Shown piece by piece: positions 20,701 to 30,245 of a DNA stretch of 64,000 nucleotides. Source of the stretch: Candidatus Binatus soli (GTDB lineage Bacteria; Desulfobacterota; Binatia; Binatales; Binataceae); NCBI GenBank assembly GCA_002479255.1, contig DLMJ01000005.1, forward strand, positions 8,664 through 72,663. The letters are read 5' to 3'. Both the position numbers and the translations under genes were made by a program. Position 1 is the stretch's first letter. Each line of letters opens with the position of its first letter. A model generated the notes under the pieces. The model was given only the letters and a program-made list of their open reading frames with translations. It was not told where the DNA came from and did no database searches.

Positions 20701-21975
20701 TTAATCAGGCTGCGATTTACCAGAATCGAGGCAACACTTCTTGTATTTCAGGCCGCTGCCACAGGGGCAAGGGTCGTTCCGCCCTGTTCGAGGAGAGGCT
20801 TCGCCATCCTCGGAGCGCAGATGATCCATGAGCCGTTCCACTGGTACGCCTGACCGCATCAGCGACGCGATCTTCCGCAGGCGTGGGCGGCTATGGGTGA
20901 AAAACTTTTTCAGGCCCGGGCAAAGATAGTTAAGACCCTGTTCGCCGTCGGGTGTCCGGGCAAACCGGTCCTTTGGACACCCGCCATTGCACGACTTCAG
21001 GACCTCGCAATCCCGGCAGTATTGGGGCAGTCCGTCCCGCTTCTTGCGTCCGAATTCGCGCTGCGCCGGGTCCTCCAGTATTTCCACGAGCGGTGTTTCG
21101 AGAATGTTCCCGATGCGGTGCTCCGGATCGACAAAATGATCGCAGGAGTAGAAATCTCCGTTATGCTCGACGACCACGACATCGCCGCAGGTCTCCTTGA
21201 AAATGCACAAAGCATGCTCCACCCCGAGCAAGGGTCTGAGCGCCTCATCGAAGTTCTGGATGGCGATCCGGCCGATATCGTGCCTGAACCACTCGTCGAA
21301 AATCGTGCACAGGAACTCTCCGTAGGCTTCTGCCGGCGCCGTCTCCGCGCTTACCCCGCTCCCGCCTTGCCGCGCGACCAGCGGAAGGAATTGCAGGAAC
21401 TCCACGCCGAGCTCCTTGAAAAAGCGATAAACCGCAGTCGGCTGCCCGACGTTCCCACGATGCACGACGCACAGCACGTCGCATGGAATCCGGTAGCGCT
21501 TCAAGAGCCGGATGGACTGGATCACCCGCTTGTGGGTCGTACCGCCGCCCTTGGTCACGCGATAGCGGTCGTGGAGCGCCTTCGGTCCGTCGATGCTGAT
21601 GCCGACCTGGAAGCGTTCCGCGGCGAGGAAGCGGCACCATTCGTCGTCGATCAGCGTGCCGTTGGTCTGAATGCCATTGAGGATCTGCCGTCCCGCAGGT
21701 CGGTGCTTGCGCTGGAGCTCGACGATTCGGCGGAAATAATCGAGCCCTAGGATGGTCGGCTCGCCGCCGTGCCACTCGAAGAAAATCATGTCCTTAGGGC
21801 AGGCCTCGATGTGCTGGACGATGTAGCGCTCCAGCAGATCATCGGTCATCCGAAGCGATCCGCCGTTCGGATACAGGGCCGACTTGTCGAGGTAATAGCA
21901 GTAGCTACAGTCGAGGTTGCAGACCGCGCCCGCCGGTTTTGCCATCACCTGGAATTCCCGCGAAGCTGCCACCAT
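20701..21975 (-). CDS. Anaerobic sulfatase maturase-like radical SAM/SPASM enzyme with C-terminal SEC-C motif
   Basis: KPAGAVCNLDCSYCYY, WHGGEPT, QTNGTL, YSCDHFV, CRDCEVLKSCNGGCPKDR, GRNDPCPCGSGLKYKKCC. Confidence 0.92.
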   Translation of the reverse strand: MVAASREFQVMAKPAGAVCNLDCSYCYYLDKSALYPNGGSLRMTDDLLERYIVQHIEACPKDMIFFEWHGGEPTILGLDYFRRIVELQRKHRPAGRQILNGIQTNGTLIDDEWCRFLAAERFQVGISIDGPKALHDRYRVTKGGGTTHKRVIQSIRLLKRYRIPCDVLCVVHRGNVGQPTAVYRFFKELGVEFLQFLPLVARQGGSGVSAETAPAEAYGEFLCTIFDEWFRHDIGRIAIQNFDEALRPLLGVEHALCIFKETCGDVVVVEHNGDFYSCDHFVDPEHRIGNILETPLVEILEDPAQREFGRKKRDGLPQYCRDCEVLKSCNGGCPKDRFARTPDGEQGLNYLCPGLKKFFTHSRPRLRKIASLMRSGVPVERLMDHLRSEDGEASPRTGRNDPCPCGSGLKYKKCCLDSGKSQPD

Positions 21976-22078
21976 TCAGTGATACACTCCCCACCTGGCG
22001 TGAGCTATCAAAAAAGAGGCAGTTGAATCTGCACGTCGGGCGACAAACAGGGACGCGGTAGCGCGCCGATTCTGTCTG

Positions 22079-22498
22079 CTACTTTCTGAACTCGACGGTC
22101 GCCGTCCCTGTCACGAGGCGCTCCGACTCCTCGTTTTCCATCCAGACGTCGATCTCGGTCGTGCGCTCTTCGGGATTCTTGTTCGTGATAAAGCCGTGAA
22201 TCGTGACCGTGTGATCGGGTTGCACCGGCACGCGATAGGTCGTGTTCATCCGCGTCAGCCACGCATTGCTCGAGCCGATCCAGTCCGTCACCAGCTTCGA
22301 GAGCAGTCCGAGGCTCATGTTGCCCGGGATGATCATCCCGGGCAGCCCTTCCTTCCTGGCGGCTTCATCGTCGGTGAAGCGTCCCGCGCCTTCACCCATG
22401 CCCATCGTCCTGGCGTAGGCGCGGCACTGATCCTTGCTCACGAACAGCTCAAGCGGGCCGAGCGTGTCGCCGATATTGATCTCTTCGAAACTATTCAC
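22079..22498 (-). CDS. MaoC-like hot-dog dehydratase subunit
   Basis: FEEINIGDTL, DDEAARKEGLPGMIIPGNMSLG. Confidence 0.8.
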   Translation of the reverse strand: MNSFEEINIGDTLGPLELFVSKDQCRAYARTMGMGEGAGRFTDDEAARKEGLPGMIIPGNMSLGLLSKLVTDWIGSSNAWLTRMNTTYRVPVQPDHTVTIHGFITNKNPEERTTEIDVWMENEESERLVTGTATVEFRK

Positions 22499-22526
22499 GC
22501 AATTCGACTTCCCGATCCCGATGCGC

Positions 22527-22973
22527 TCAGGGGCGGTTCATGAAGCGATGGTCGATATGGGCCAGCACTTGATCGTTCTGGTTCTTCAGTGTCGAGCGGA
22601 TTACGACGAACACCATCGTGCCCGTCCGTCCCGTTTTCTCGTAGATTTCCTTTACGTGCGAGCTGAGCGTTACCTGGTCGCCTGGCCTTATCGGCGCGAC
22701 GAACTCGACATCCTTGCCGGCGTCGAAGCCGCGCAGTCCGAAGCGCGGAACGTTGTCGAAGAAATGCCGCCCGTTGCGGAACGTCACCGCGAACGACGGC
22801 GGCGCGACGATCCCTCCGTACGGGCCTTTTTTCGCCGCCTCCTCGTCCGTGTATATCGGATTGGTCTCGCCGAGCGCCGCGCAGTACCGTTTTATCTTGT
22901 CGGCCTTGACTTCGACCGGCTCGGTGATTTCGAAGGTCTTGTTGATCAGCGCCGGATCGTAATTCACTGCCAT
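22527..22973 (-). CDS. MaoC/FAS1-like dehydratase N-terminal-type hot-dog protein
   Basis: IKRYCAALGETNPIYTDEEAAKKGPYGGIVAPPSF, EFVAPIRPGD. Confidence 0.85.
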   Translation of the reverse strand: MAVNYDPALINKTFEITEPVEVKADKIKRYCAALGETNPIYTDEEAAKKGPYGGIVAPPSFAVTFRNGRHFFDNVPRFGLRGFDAGKDVEFVAPIRPGDQVTLSSHVKEIYEKTGRTGTMVFVVIRSTLKNQNDQVLAHIDHRFMNRP

Positions 22974-23011
22974 CTTGATTTTCTCACTGTCTTGCTATCG
23001 CAGTCGCGGCG

Positions 23012-23695
23012 TTACCTGGATTCCATCGCGACCGCATGCGGCACGGTTTTGCGCCGCGGCCGGAAATCCACCGGCTCGTAATTGCCGGTCTTCAATTCCC
23101 GCACCAGGTCGTCGATCGTCTTGATGTACGCGCTGAATTTTGTCGCGCACAGCCCTATCAGGCTCACCAGATGGCTGTCGGAACCGCCGGTCGCGGCAAA
23201 ACCGTATTTCGCGATCAATTCCGCGCTGCGCTCGTCCTCGCCCTTGCGCGAGCCGCCGTTCAGCGCCTCGACCGCGACCACGTTCTCCAGCGGCGGCCTC
23301 GATTGATAGTGCTCGTAGAGCCCGATATTGGGGCGGCCGGGATGACACGGCACGACAATTCCGCCCATGCGCGCCACTTCATCGATCAAGGTCTGCGCGT
23401 CGAGCCGCACGTCGGCAAAATCGAAGCGCGCCACCATGTCATCGTTCACCCCGAACACGAGCATGTGTCCGTAGTTGGTCTCGACTTCCGACGCGCGCAG
23501 CACCAACGTTCCGAATTTGTCCTCGAGATGGCGGTAGTCGGCGTCGCGATTGAACTGGCGATGCTCGGTCAGGACGATTCCATCGACCGGCCGCTCGGCC
23601 TGACGCAGCTTGATCCAGTTGAGGTACGCCTCTACCGGTGCGCGGCTGTCTTCCGATGCTTCGCTATGCGTGTGCAGATCAAGGATTGTACTCAC
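23012..23695 (-). CDS. PHP-domain phosphoesterase-like protein
   Basis: DLHTHS, LTEH, EVETNYGHML, CHP, GGSDSH. Confidence 0.88.
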   Translation of the reverse strand: MSTILDLHTHSEASEDSRAPVEAYLNWIKLRQAERPVDGIVLTEHRQFNRDADYRHLEDKFGTLVLRASEVETNYGHMLVFGVNDDMVARFDFADVRLDAQTLIDEVARMGGIVVPCHPGRPNIGLYEHYQSRPPLENVVAVEALNGGSRKGEDERSAELIAKYGFAATGGSDSHLVSLIGLCATKFSAYIKTIDDLVRELKTGNYEPVDFRPRRKTVPHAVAMESR

Positions 23696-23708
23696 CAGGA
23701 TTGAGCCC

Positions 23709-24137
23709 TCACCTCGCCGGGCGAAATTTCGCGAGCGTCACCGCGGGCGTGACGTCCTCGAATACGACCTCGACGGGCATCCCTATTTTAGCCTGTTCCG
23801 GCCGGCAGTCGACAAGGTTGGTGAGCATTTTCACGCCCTCTTCCAACTCGACGTACGCCATGATGTACGGTATCGATTCGCGAAACCCCGGTGCCTGGTT
23901 CTGATACGTCGTGGTGAAGGTATAGACCTTGCCGCGCCCGCTGCATTTTATCCATTGCACCTGCGACGACATGCAATTCGTGCACAGCGCGCGCGGATAG
24001 TAGCGGATGTCGCCGCAAGTTGCGCATTTCTGGATGTAAAGTTCGTGCCGTTGAAGCGCCTCCCACCACGGACGGTTCTCTTCGTCGAGATGCGGGAGCG
24101 GCTTCGAGTATTTTTTCGCTTGCGTCTGTTCCACCAT
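23709..24137 (-). CDS. DUF35 Zn-ribbon / OB-fold protein (thiolase partner)
   Basis: QKCATCG..YYPRALCTNC, SGRGKVYTFT, VELEEG, IGMPVEVVF. Confidence 0.92.
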   Translation of the reverse strand: MVEQTQAKKYSKPLPHLDEENRPWWEALQRHELYIQKCATCGDIRYYPRALCTNCMSSQVQWIKCSGRGKVYTFTTTYQNQAPGFRESIPYIMAYVELEEGVKMLTNLVDCRPEQAKIGMPVEVVFEDVTPAVTLAKFRPAR

Positions 24138-24158
24138 GATTTATCGTCCGCCCCGAGG

Positions 24159-25322
24159 TTACTGATTGCTGAGGATAAGCGTCGCGCCCGAATGGCGCGT
24201 GCCGAGCGCGCCGCCGGTGCCGTGCGCGAGTGCGATTTCGCAATCCTTGACCTGCCGCGGACCGCATTCGCCGCGCAGTTGCTTGGCCGCCTCGATCACC
24301 AGGAAGATTCCGCGCATCCCCGGATGGTTCGACGACAACCCCCCGCCGTCGGTGTTGATCGGAAATTCGCCGTCGAAGCGCAGCCTTCCGCCCGACACGA
24401 ACGCGCCGCCTTCGCCGCGCTTGCAAAAGCCGAGATTCTCCAGCGTGGCCAGCACGGTGATCGTGAACGAGTCGTAGATCATCGCCATGTCGATGTCCTT
24501 GTGCGCGACGCCCGCGCGCTCGAACGCAAGCCGGCCCGATTGCGCCGCCGCGATTTCCAGAAAATCGCGCTGCCCGCGCGCCGCGTGCCGCACCGTCTCG
24601 CCCGCGCCAAGAATGTAAACCGGCTTCTTCTTCAAATCGCGCGTGCGCTCCGCCGACGTGATCACCAGCGCGCCGCCGCCGTCGCTGATGATGCAACAAT
24701 CCAGCAGATGCAGCGGCGACGAGATGATTCGCGACGCGAGTACGTCTTCCACCGTGATCGGGTCTCGGTACTTCGCGGCCGGATTCATGGACGCATGCAG
24801 CCGCGTCGTGACCGCTATTTCGGCCAGCTGCGCCGAGGTCGTCCCGTAGTCATGCATATGGCGCTGCGCGACCATCGCATACGCCCCGACGGTCGTCGGC
24901 CCGAACGGAATCTCGTACTGGTCGCACGGATCGCCTGCGCCGCCGCGTTCTCCGCCCGTGCCAATCGCAAACCGCGACGAGGCCGCCGTCGAGCCATAGA
25001 CCACCACGCATACGTCGCACAGCCCGGCGTGGATGGCGGCCGCCGCGTGCGCGGTGTGCGCCACGAACGACGACCCGCCGATCGAAGTCGAGTCGACAAA
25101 GTTCGGCGTCAGGTTCAGGTAATCGCAGAAGCCGACGATTCCCATCCCGCTCATCCCCATTCCGGTCGTGCACAGCCCGTTTACGTCCTTGATCGTCAAC
25201 CCGGCGTCGTCCAGCGCGCCACGCAGGCTCTCCGCCATTATCTGAAACAGACTTTTGTCCGGCGCGAAGCGGGTGGGATGCTCGAACACGCCGGCCACTG
25301 CGGTTTTGCGGCTTAAACTCAT
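24159..25322 (-). CDS. Thiolase-fold protein, SCP-x/Ltp2-like
   Basis: HMHDYGTT, ISSPLHLLDCC, SDGGGA, IYDSFT, INTDGGGLS, HPG; GGSS replaces the usual nucleophilic Cys motif. Confidence 0.9.
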   Translation of the reverse strand: MSLSRKTAVAGVFEHPTRFAPDKSLFQIMAESLRGALDDAGLTIKDVNGLCTTGMGMSGMGIVGFCDYLNLTPNFVDSTSIGGSSFVAHTAHAAAAIHAGLCDVCVVVYGSTAASSRFAIGTGGERGGAGDPCDQYEIPFGPTTVGAYAMVAQRHMHDYGTTSAQLAEIAVTTRLHASMNPAAKYRDPITVEDVLASRIISSPLHLLDCCIISDGGGALVITSAERTRDLKKKPVYILGAGETVRHAARGQRDFLEIAAAQSGRLAFERAGVAHKDIDMAMIYDSFTITVLATLENLGFCKRGEGGAFVSGGRLRFDGEFPINTDGGGLSSNHPGMRGIFLVIEAAKQLRGECGPRQVKDCEIALAHGTGGALGTRHSGATLILSNQ

Positions 25323-25337
25323 CTCGAATTCCTATCT

Positions 25338-26177
25338 TCAGTTAGCCAACGAAAAAACGAACTGTTCGATCGCGGCGTTGTACTCGGGGGGACGCTCGCG
25401 CGGGATATAGTGACCGGCGTCCGCGATAATCTTGCAGGTCGCGCCGCGAATCTTGCCCGCGATAAACTCCGCGTCGGCCGGCGTGGTGCCCTGGTCGTCG
25501 GCGCCGGCAATCACCAGCGCCGGTTTGTCGATCTTTCCGATCGCGTCGCGCAAATCGAGCTGCGAGCAGGCGACGATGTCGGTGTAGCGCACGCGCGGAT
25601 CGGTCTTGATTTGTTCCATCCAGCCTTCGCGGACCACGTCGAAGTTTTCCTTCACCGTGCGGGGCGAATAGCCGTCAGTGTTGAAGGCCTGCGGCGCCCG
25701 GCCCATCGTGATTGCCCGCAATGCCTCGATTCGATCGGCCGTGATGTTGAACTTCGGCGCCGTGCAACTGAGGATCAACGCCTCGACGCGCGCGGCGTGG
25801 CGGATCGCCAGGTCCATCGCAATCGCGCCGCCCATCGAATGCCCCAGTATCACCGCCGCTTTGATCTTCAACATGTCAAGAAAAGCCGCAACGAAGTCGG
25901 CATAGTCCTGAACCGTGCGCAGCCCCTCGACGCCCGCCGAGCGTCCATGCCCGGGCAGATCGAGCGCGATCGGACTGTGCCGGCCGCCGAACGCGTCGAT
26001 CTGGCGATGCCAGGTGTGACCGTTCGAGCCGGCGCCGTGAACGAACAAAATCTTGCGGCCGCGTGAAAAGTCCGGCGCCACGTCGGGCAGCGTCGTAGCG
26101 CCGCTATAGAAGTAGTAGGTCGCGTATCCCCTCACATCGGTGTATTTCGTTGGCATCGGCGCGAAACTCTCCGCCAT
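25338..26177 (-). CDS. Alpha/beta hydrolase
   Basis: FVHGAG, LDLPGHG, nucleophile GHSMGG, GADD, AGH; start probably 26177 or 26156. Confidence 0.9.
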   Translation of the reverse strand: MAESFAPMPTKYTDVRGYATYYFYSGATTLPDVAPDFSRGRKILFVHGAGSNGHTWHRQIDAFGGRHSPIALDLPGHGRSAGVEGLRTVQDYADFVAAFLDMLKIKAAVILGHSMGGAIAMDLAIRHAARVEALILSCTAPKFNITADRIEALRAITMGRAPQAFNTDGYSPRTVKENFDVVREGWMEQIKTDPRVRYTDIVACSQLDLRDAIGKIDKPALVIAGADDQGTTPADAEFIAGKIRGATCKIIADAGHYIPRERPPEYNAAIEQFVFSLAN

Positions 26178-26233
26178 CTGCTTTTGTGGGTTAGCTATTA
26201 GGTTGAGCGCGCGCTTGTCAAACGGCGCCAGAC

Positions 26234-27049
26234 TCAGACATCCCGCCTGCCAAGGATCAGCGGTTCGCGCAGGGTCAAGCTGCGCGACGCGCCCGCCTTG
26301 GCGACTTCCGCCAGCATCGCGTCGGCCTGTTGGCGCTCGCCCTCGGGTATCAATGGCATCCATCTGATGCTGATCCACTCTTCGATATCCGCCCACTGGA
26401 TTGTAAATGGCGCCGCGCGTTCCTCGACGCGCAGACCGGACCTGGCAAACGCCCGCTGGTAGCGATCATCGGGAGCCGCGTCGGCTTGGCGGCGGCCCGC
26501 ACGCTGAAAGATCACGTCGCGATATTCGCGCCATCGGTCCGGACCGACGATCGCGCTCAGCATCTGCCGAAAACCTTCGTCCCGCTGCCCGGTTGCCACC
26601 AGCAACCCGCCGGGCCGCACGCATCGCGCGAACTCCGCCACGACGCCGTCGAGATCCGCAACGAACTGAAGCACGTGGCTTGCGAAAATGAAATCGAACG
26701 ACTCCGGCTTGAACGGCAGCCGTGACACGTCCGCGCAAAGCAGCCGGCATTTCACGCCGACGCGATTGCGCGCGGACAGCAGCATGTCGATCGACAAGTC
26801 GACGCCGGTCACCCCACGAACGCGATTTCCGGGCGCCGCCGCAAACTTCGCGAGATAGGCGCCATTGCCGCATCCGACATCGAGCACGTCGCGCGCATCC
26901 GCGATTTCCCCCGCGATCGTCTCGAGGACGGCGCGGCGCCGATTCCCGTAGTACTCGCCATCGCCATAAGTGGCGGCTAAGCGGCCGAAGTACTCGGCTA
27001 CCGGTAAAGGTCTGCGATGCCCTGAGGTTTCACTTTCGCTGGAGTCCAT
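26234..27049 (-). CDS. Class I SAM-dependent methyltransferase
   Basis: VLDVGCGNG, GVDLSIDML, LPFKPESFD, VRPGG; start MDSSESE at 27049 downstream of a purine-rich stretch. Confidence 0.88.
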   Translation of the reverse strand: MDSSESETSGHRRPLPVAEYFGRLAATYGDGEYYGNRRRAVLETIAGEIADARDVLDVGCGNGAYLAKFAAAPGNRVRGVTGVDLSIDMLLSARNRVGVKCRLLCADVSRLPFKPESFDFIFASHVLQFVADLDGVVAEFARCVRPGGLLVATGQRDEGFRQMLSAIVGPDRWREYRDVIFQRAGRRQADAAPDDRYQRAFARSGLRVEERAAPFTIQWADIEEWISIRWMPLIPEGERQQADAMLAEVAKAGASRSLTLREPLILGRRDV

Positions 27050-27073
27050 GTCGCGCCGTCCCTTCTTCCTTCC

Positions 27074-27118
27074 GTCAGTCCGAGCGGAGCGTGGCCGCTC
27101 GATTTCGCTGAGGATGAC
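27074..27118. repeat. Imperfect intergenic palindrome, REP-like
   Basis: GTCAGTCCGAGCG...CGCTGAGGATGAC arms, resembling GTCATCCTGAGCG-type extragenic palindromes. Confidence 0.4.
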
Positions 27119-27150
27119 AGAAAAGCAGGCGCGCGGAGAAGAGTTTGCCG

Positions 27151-27384
27151 CTACTTTCGTGCCTTGCGGCCTTTGGGTTTGCGCGTGGGCGCGGATTTTT
27201 CGTCGATTGGATCGGCTTGCCCGTGCTCCCAGATTTCGATCGCCGCGCGGCTGAATCGCCACGCACTGCCTACGCGGAAGCCCGGTATTCGTCCTTCGTG
27301 CAGCAAGCGGTAAATCGTAGTTGGATGGACGCGAAGATGCGCCGACAACTCCGAGATGGTCAGAATATCTTTCGAGGATGCCAT
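27151..27384 (-). CDS. Stand-alone excisionase-like HTH_17 (MerR-type) DNA-binding protein
   Basis: ILTISELSAHLRVHPTTIYRLLHEGRIPGFRVGSAWRF. Confidence 0.88.
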   Translation of the reverse strand: MASSKDILTISELSAHLRVHPTTIYRLLHEGRIPGFRVGSAWRFSRAAIEIWEHGQADPIDEKSAPTRKPKGRKARK

Positions 27385-27673
27385 CGTAAGCCAAGCCCCC
27401 CCCTCGGTGAAATTTATCAATTCCCCCTTAAACGAGAGGTATCGCTTGATGCCGCACAAAAACCCACAATGCAGCCTCTAACCGTGCCACGAATAAGTCA
27501 ATACTGACCATTCGCGCCCGTCAGAGGCTGAGAATCTTGGTAAAGGTGCGTCACATTGCGTTATGGTTAGCGAAAGATGGCTAAAAGAACTCAACGCCTC
27601 ACTTCAAAATCCTGCGGATTACCAGTTTTCCAGGAGAGAAAGACGCTTCATCGACGCGCAACGCGTGATGTGC

Positions 27674-27703
27674 AAAGAAAAGGGGCGGTTCCATAACCGC
27701 CCC
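27674..27703 (-). terminator. Rho-independent terminator downstream of gltA
   Basis: Perfect stem GGGGCGGTT-CCAT-AACCGCCCC (27682-27703) with an A-run on its left, which is a U-tract on the minus strand. Confidence 0.8.
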
Positions 27704-27789
27704 TAAAGCATTCGCCATAACAGCGCCACTCGCTACCGGCTCACCATCATCGCCGCCGCGCGACGCTTTTGAAATCATCTAACCTGACG

Positions 27790-29121
27790 TTAGATTGCCT
27801 CGCTAACCGCATCTTCGTGCTGCGTCGGCTTGGGCCGCGACTGTATCGGCGTGTAGTGCCGCGTCGATTCGCCGATATAGACTTGGCGCGGCCGCGCGAT
27901 CTTCTGTTCGGGATCGCGCACCATCTCCGCCCATTGCGCCATCCATCCCGAAGTCCGCGGGATCGCGAACAACACCGGAAACATCGTCATCGGGAAGCCC
28001 ATCGCCTGGTAAATTATTCCCGAATAGAAATCGACGTTGGGATACAACTTGTGCGAGATGAAATAGTCGTCCTGGAGCGCGATCCGTTCGAGCTCTACCG
28101 CTATATCGATCAGCGGATTGCGGCCGGTCACCTCGAACACCTGCTCCGCAAAATGCTTGAGGATTTTCGCGCGCGGATCGTAGTTTTTGTACACTCGATG
28201 CCCAAAGCCCATCAGCCGGCGCTCGCCCTCCTTGACCTTCTTAATCAGCGCGGGAATGGCCGACACTGAACCGATTTCCATAAGCATCCGGATCGCAGCT
28301 TCGTTCGCGCCGCCATGCAGGGGGCCGTAAAGCGCCGAGATAGCAGCGGACGCGCAGGCGTAGGGATCAGGCTGCGAGCTTCCCACCGCGCGCATCGCAT
28401 TGGTGGAGCAGTTCTGCTCGTGATCCGCGTGCAGGATGAAGAGTACGTCGAGCGCGCGCTCGAGCACCGGGTTCGGTTTGTATGTAAGCTCGGTCATTTT
28501 GAACAGCATCGCAAGCAGATTGCCGGTGTAGCTGAGGTCGTTGTCGGGATAGACGTAAGGAAGTCCCCGGGTATGCCGAAAGGCGAACGCCGCCAGGGTC
28601 GGGATCTTGCCGATCAGGCGGCGGGTCTGCAGCCGGCGCGATTCGAGGTCGTGTATAGCGCTGGCGTCGGGATAAAAGGTCGAGAGCGCGCCGACGGTAC
28701 TGAGCAACATTCCCATCGGATGCGAATCGTAGCGGAAGCCCTCCATGAACATCTTGATATTCTCGTGCACCATCGTGTGAATCGTGATGTTGTGTTTCCA
28801 GCGGTCGTAGTGCGCTTGGTCCGGCAGCTCGCCCTTGACGATCAGGTACGCAGTCTCGAGGTAGTTGCTTTTCTCGGCGAGTTCTTCGATCGGATATCCG
28901 CGATAGCGCAGTATCCCCTTGTCGCCGTCGATGTACGTGACGCGGCTGCGGCAGGACGCCGTGTTGCCGAACGACGGATCGTAGGTCATCAGGCCGAAGT
29001 CATCGGCGCCGGTCTTGATTTGACGCAAATCCATCGCGCGAATCACTCCGCCCTCCTCGATCGGTACATCGTATTTCTTGCCGGTCCGATTGTCGGTGAT
29101 TGTCAACGTGTTGTTTGCCAT
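27790..29121 (-). CDS. gltA: Citrate synthase
   Basis: YIDGDKGILRYRGYPIE, LHADHEQNCST, GPLHGGANE, MGFGHRVYKNYDPRA, LYPNVDFYSG, IARPRQVY. Confidence 0.97.
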   Translation of the reverse strand: MANNTLTITDNRTGKKYDVPIEEGGVIRAMDLRQIKTGADDFGLMTYDPSFGNTASCRSRVTYIDGDKGILRYRGYPIEELAEKSNYLETAYLIVKGELPDQAHYDRWKHNITIHTMVHENIKMFMEGFRYDSHPMGMLLSTVGALSTFYPDASAIHDLESRRLQTRRLIGKIPTLAAFAFRHTRGLPYVYPDNDLSYTGNLLAMLFKMTELTYKPNPVLERALDVLFILHADHEQNCSTNAMRAVGSSQPDPYACASAAISALYGPLHGGANEAAIRMLMEIGSVSAIPALIKKVKEGERRLMGFGHRVYKNYDPRAKILKHFAEQVFEVTGRNPLIDIAVELERIALQDDYFISHKLYPNVDFYSGIIYQAMGFPMTMFPVLFAIPRTSGWMAQWAEMVRDPEQKIARPRQVYIGESTRHYTPIQSRPKPTQHEDAVSEAI

Positions 29122-29336
29122 TGATGTTGCCTCAACTGGTTTGTGGCGTTCTGGTTCTTTATATTCCGTTTAAGATACACAAATATATACATAAGAAATA
29201 TAGATATATACAAGTGTGCAGCATTAGTTCTCCAAGGCCGGCGCATGCCCCTTTTAAGCTGCCGGGCGTCTCGCAACCGCCGCCGCGCCATGCCACTGTG
29301 TGCGCTTGCGCGTTGGCTTAAGAGTGCATCGAAAAA

Positions 29337-29972
29337 ATGCTCGATAAAATAATCTCCGGACTCTCCGCCTTCATCATCGCGACGATTTCTGCGCTCGGCT
29401 ACGGCGGGGTTGTCCTGATGATGGCGATCGAAAGCGCATGCATCCCGTTGCCCTCCGAAATCATCATGCCGTTCTCGGGCTACCTGGTCGTCACCGGCCG
29501 CTTCGGTTTGCAGATGGTCGCGATAGCGGGGGCGGTCGGATGCCTGCTCGGCTCGTACGTGGCGTATTTCGTCGGCTCCTGGGGCGGCCGCCCTTTCATC
29601 GAGCGTTACGGCCGTTACGTTCTCATCGCTCAGCACGAACTCGAAACCGCCGACCGCTTTTTCGCGCGATGGGGTTCGCACACCGTCTTCTGGAGCCGCA
29701 TGCTGCCGGTAGTGCGCACCTTCATCGCATTTCCCGCGGGCGTATCGCGGATGAAACTCGTCCCGTTCACCATCTACACGCTGATCGGGTCATACATATG
29801 GTGTCTCGCGCTGGCCTACGGCGGGATGAAACTCGGGCAGCACTGGAAGGATCTCGCGCCGTATTTTCATCGCTTCGACGCATTGATCGCGATACTCTTG
29901 ATAGTGGGCGGCGTCGCCCTGATCTATAATCGGGTGAAGGGAATCGCGTCCGCATCGACTTCCGCCAATTGA
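29337..29972 (+). CDS. DedA family membrane protein
   Basis: LMMAIESACIPLPSEIIMPFSG, RMLPVVRTFIAFPAG. Confidence 0.93.
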   Translation: MLDKIISGLSAFIIATISALGYGGVVLMMAIESACIPLPSEIIMPFSGYLVVTGRFGLQMVAIAGAVGCLLGSYVAYFVGSWGGRPFIERYGRYVLIAQHELETADRFFARWGSHTVFWSRMLPVVRTFIAFPAGVSRMKLVPFTIYTLIGSYIWCLALAYGGMKLGQHWKDLAPYFHRFDALIAILLIVGGVALIYNRVKGIASASTSAN

Positions 29973-29999
29973 ATCCATCGCGGCCAGGAAAGGAACCAA

Positions 30000-30245
30000 A
30001 TGCCCGCAATAGAACCGCCCGACCCTTCCGAACTCGAGGAAATATTCGCCAGCATCGATCCGACTCCGGTCCGGATGGCTCATGACTACCTGAACGAAGC
30101 CGGCATCGAATCATTCGTCTTTGACGCCGGATCGTCGCGGCTGCTCGGTACGACCGCCGCGGTGCCGACCCGCCTGATGGTTCATCGGGACGCCGCCAAA
30201 GACGCGCGCGACCGCTTAAACGAACTCGGCTTCACGGACAAGTGA
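30000..30245 (+). CDS. DUF2007-like small protein
   Basis: LNEAGIESFVFD...RLMVHRDAAKDARDRL; RBS AAAGGA. Confidence 0.75.
   Translation: MPAIEPPDPSELEEIFASIDPTPVRMAHDYLNEAGIESFVFDAGSSRLLGTTAAVPTRLMVHRDAAKDARDRLNELGFTDK

Noticed and set aside
23610-25316. 568 aa plus-strand ORF
   Set aside because: Antisense to the DUF35 and thiolase genes; no recognisable motifs.
27151-27384. Prophage or ICE suggested by excisionase-like genes (also 53038-53262)
   Set aside because: No integrase, att duplication or phage genes; both are flanked by ordinary metabolic genes.
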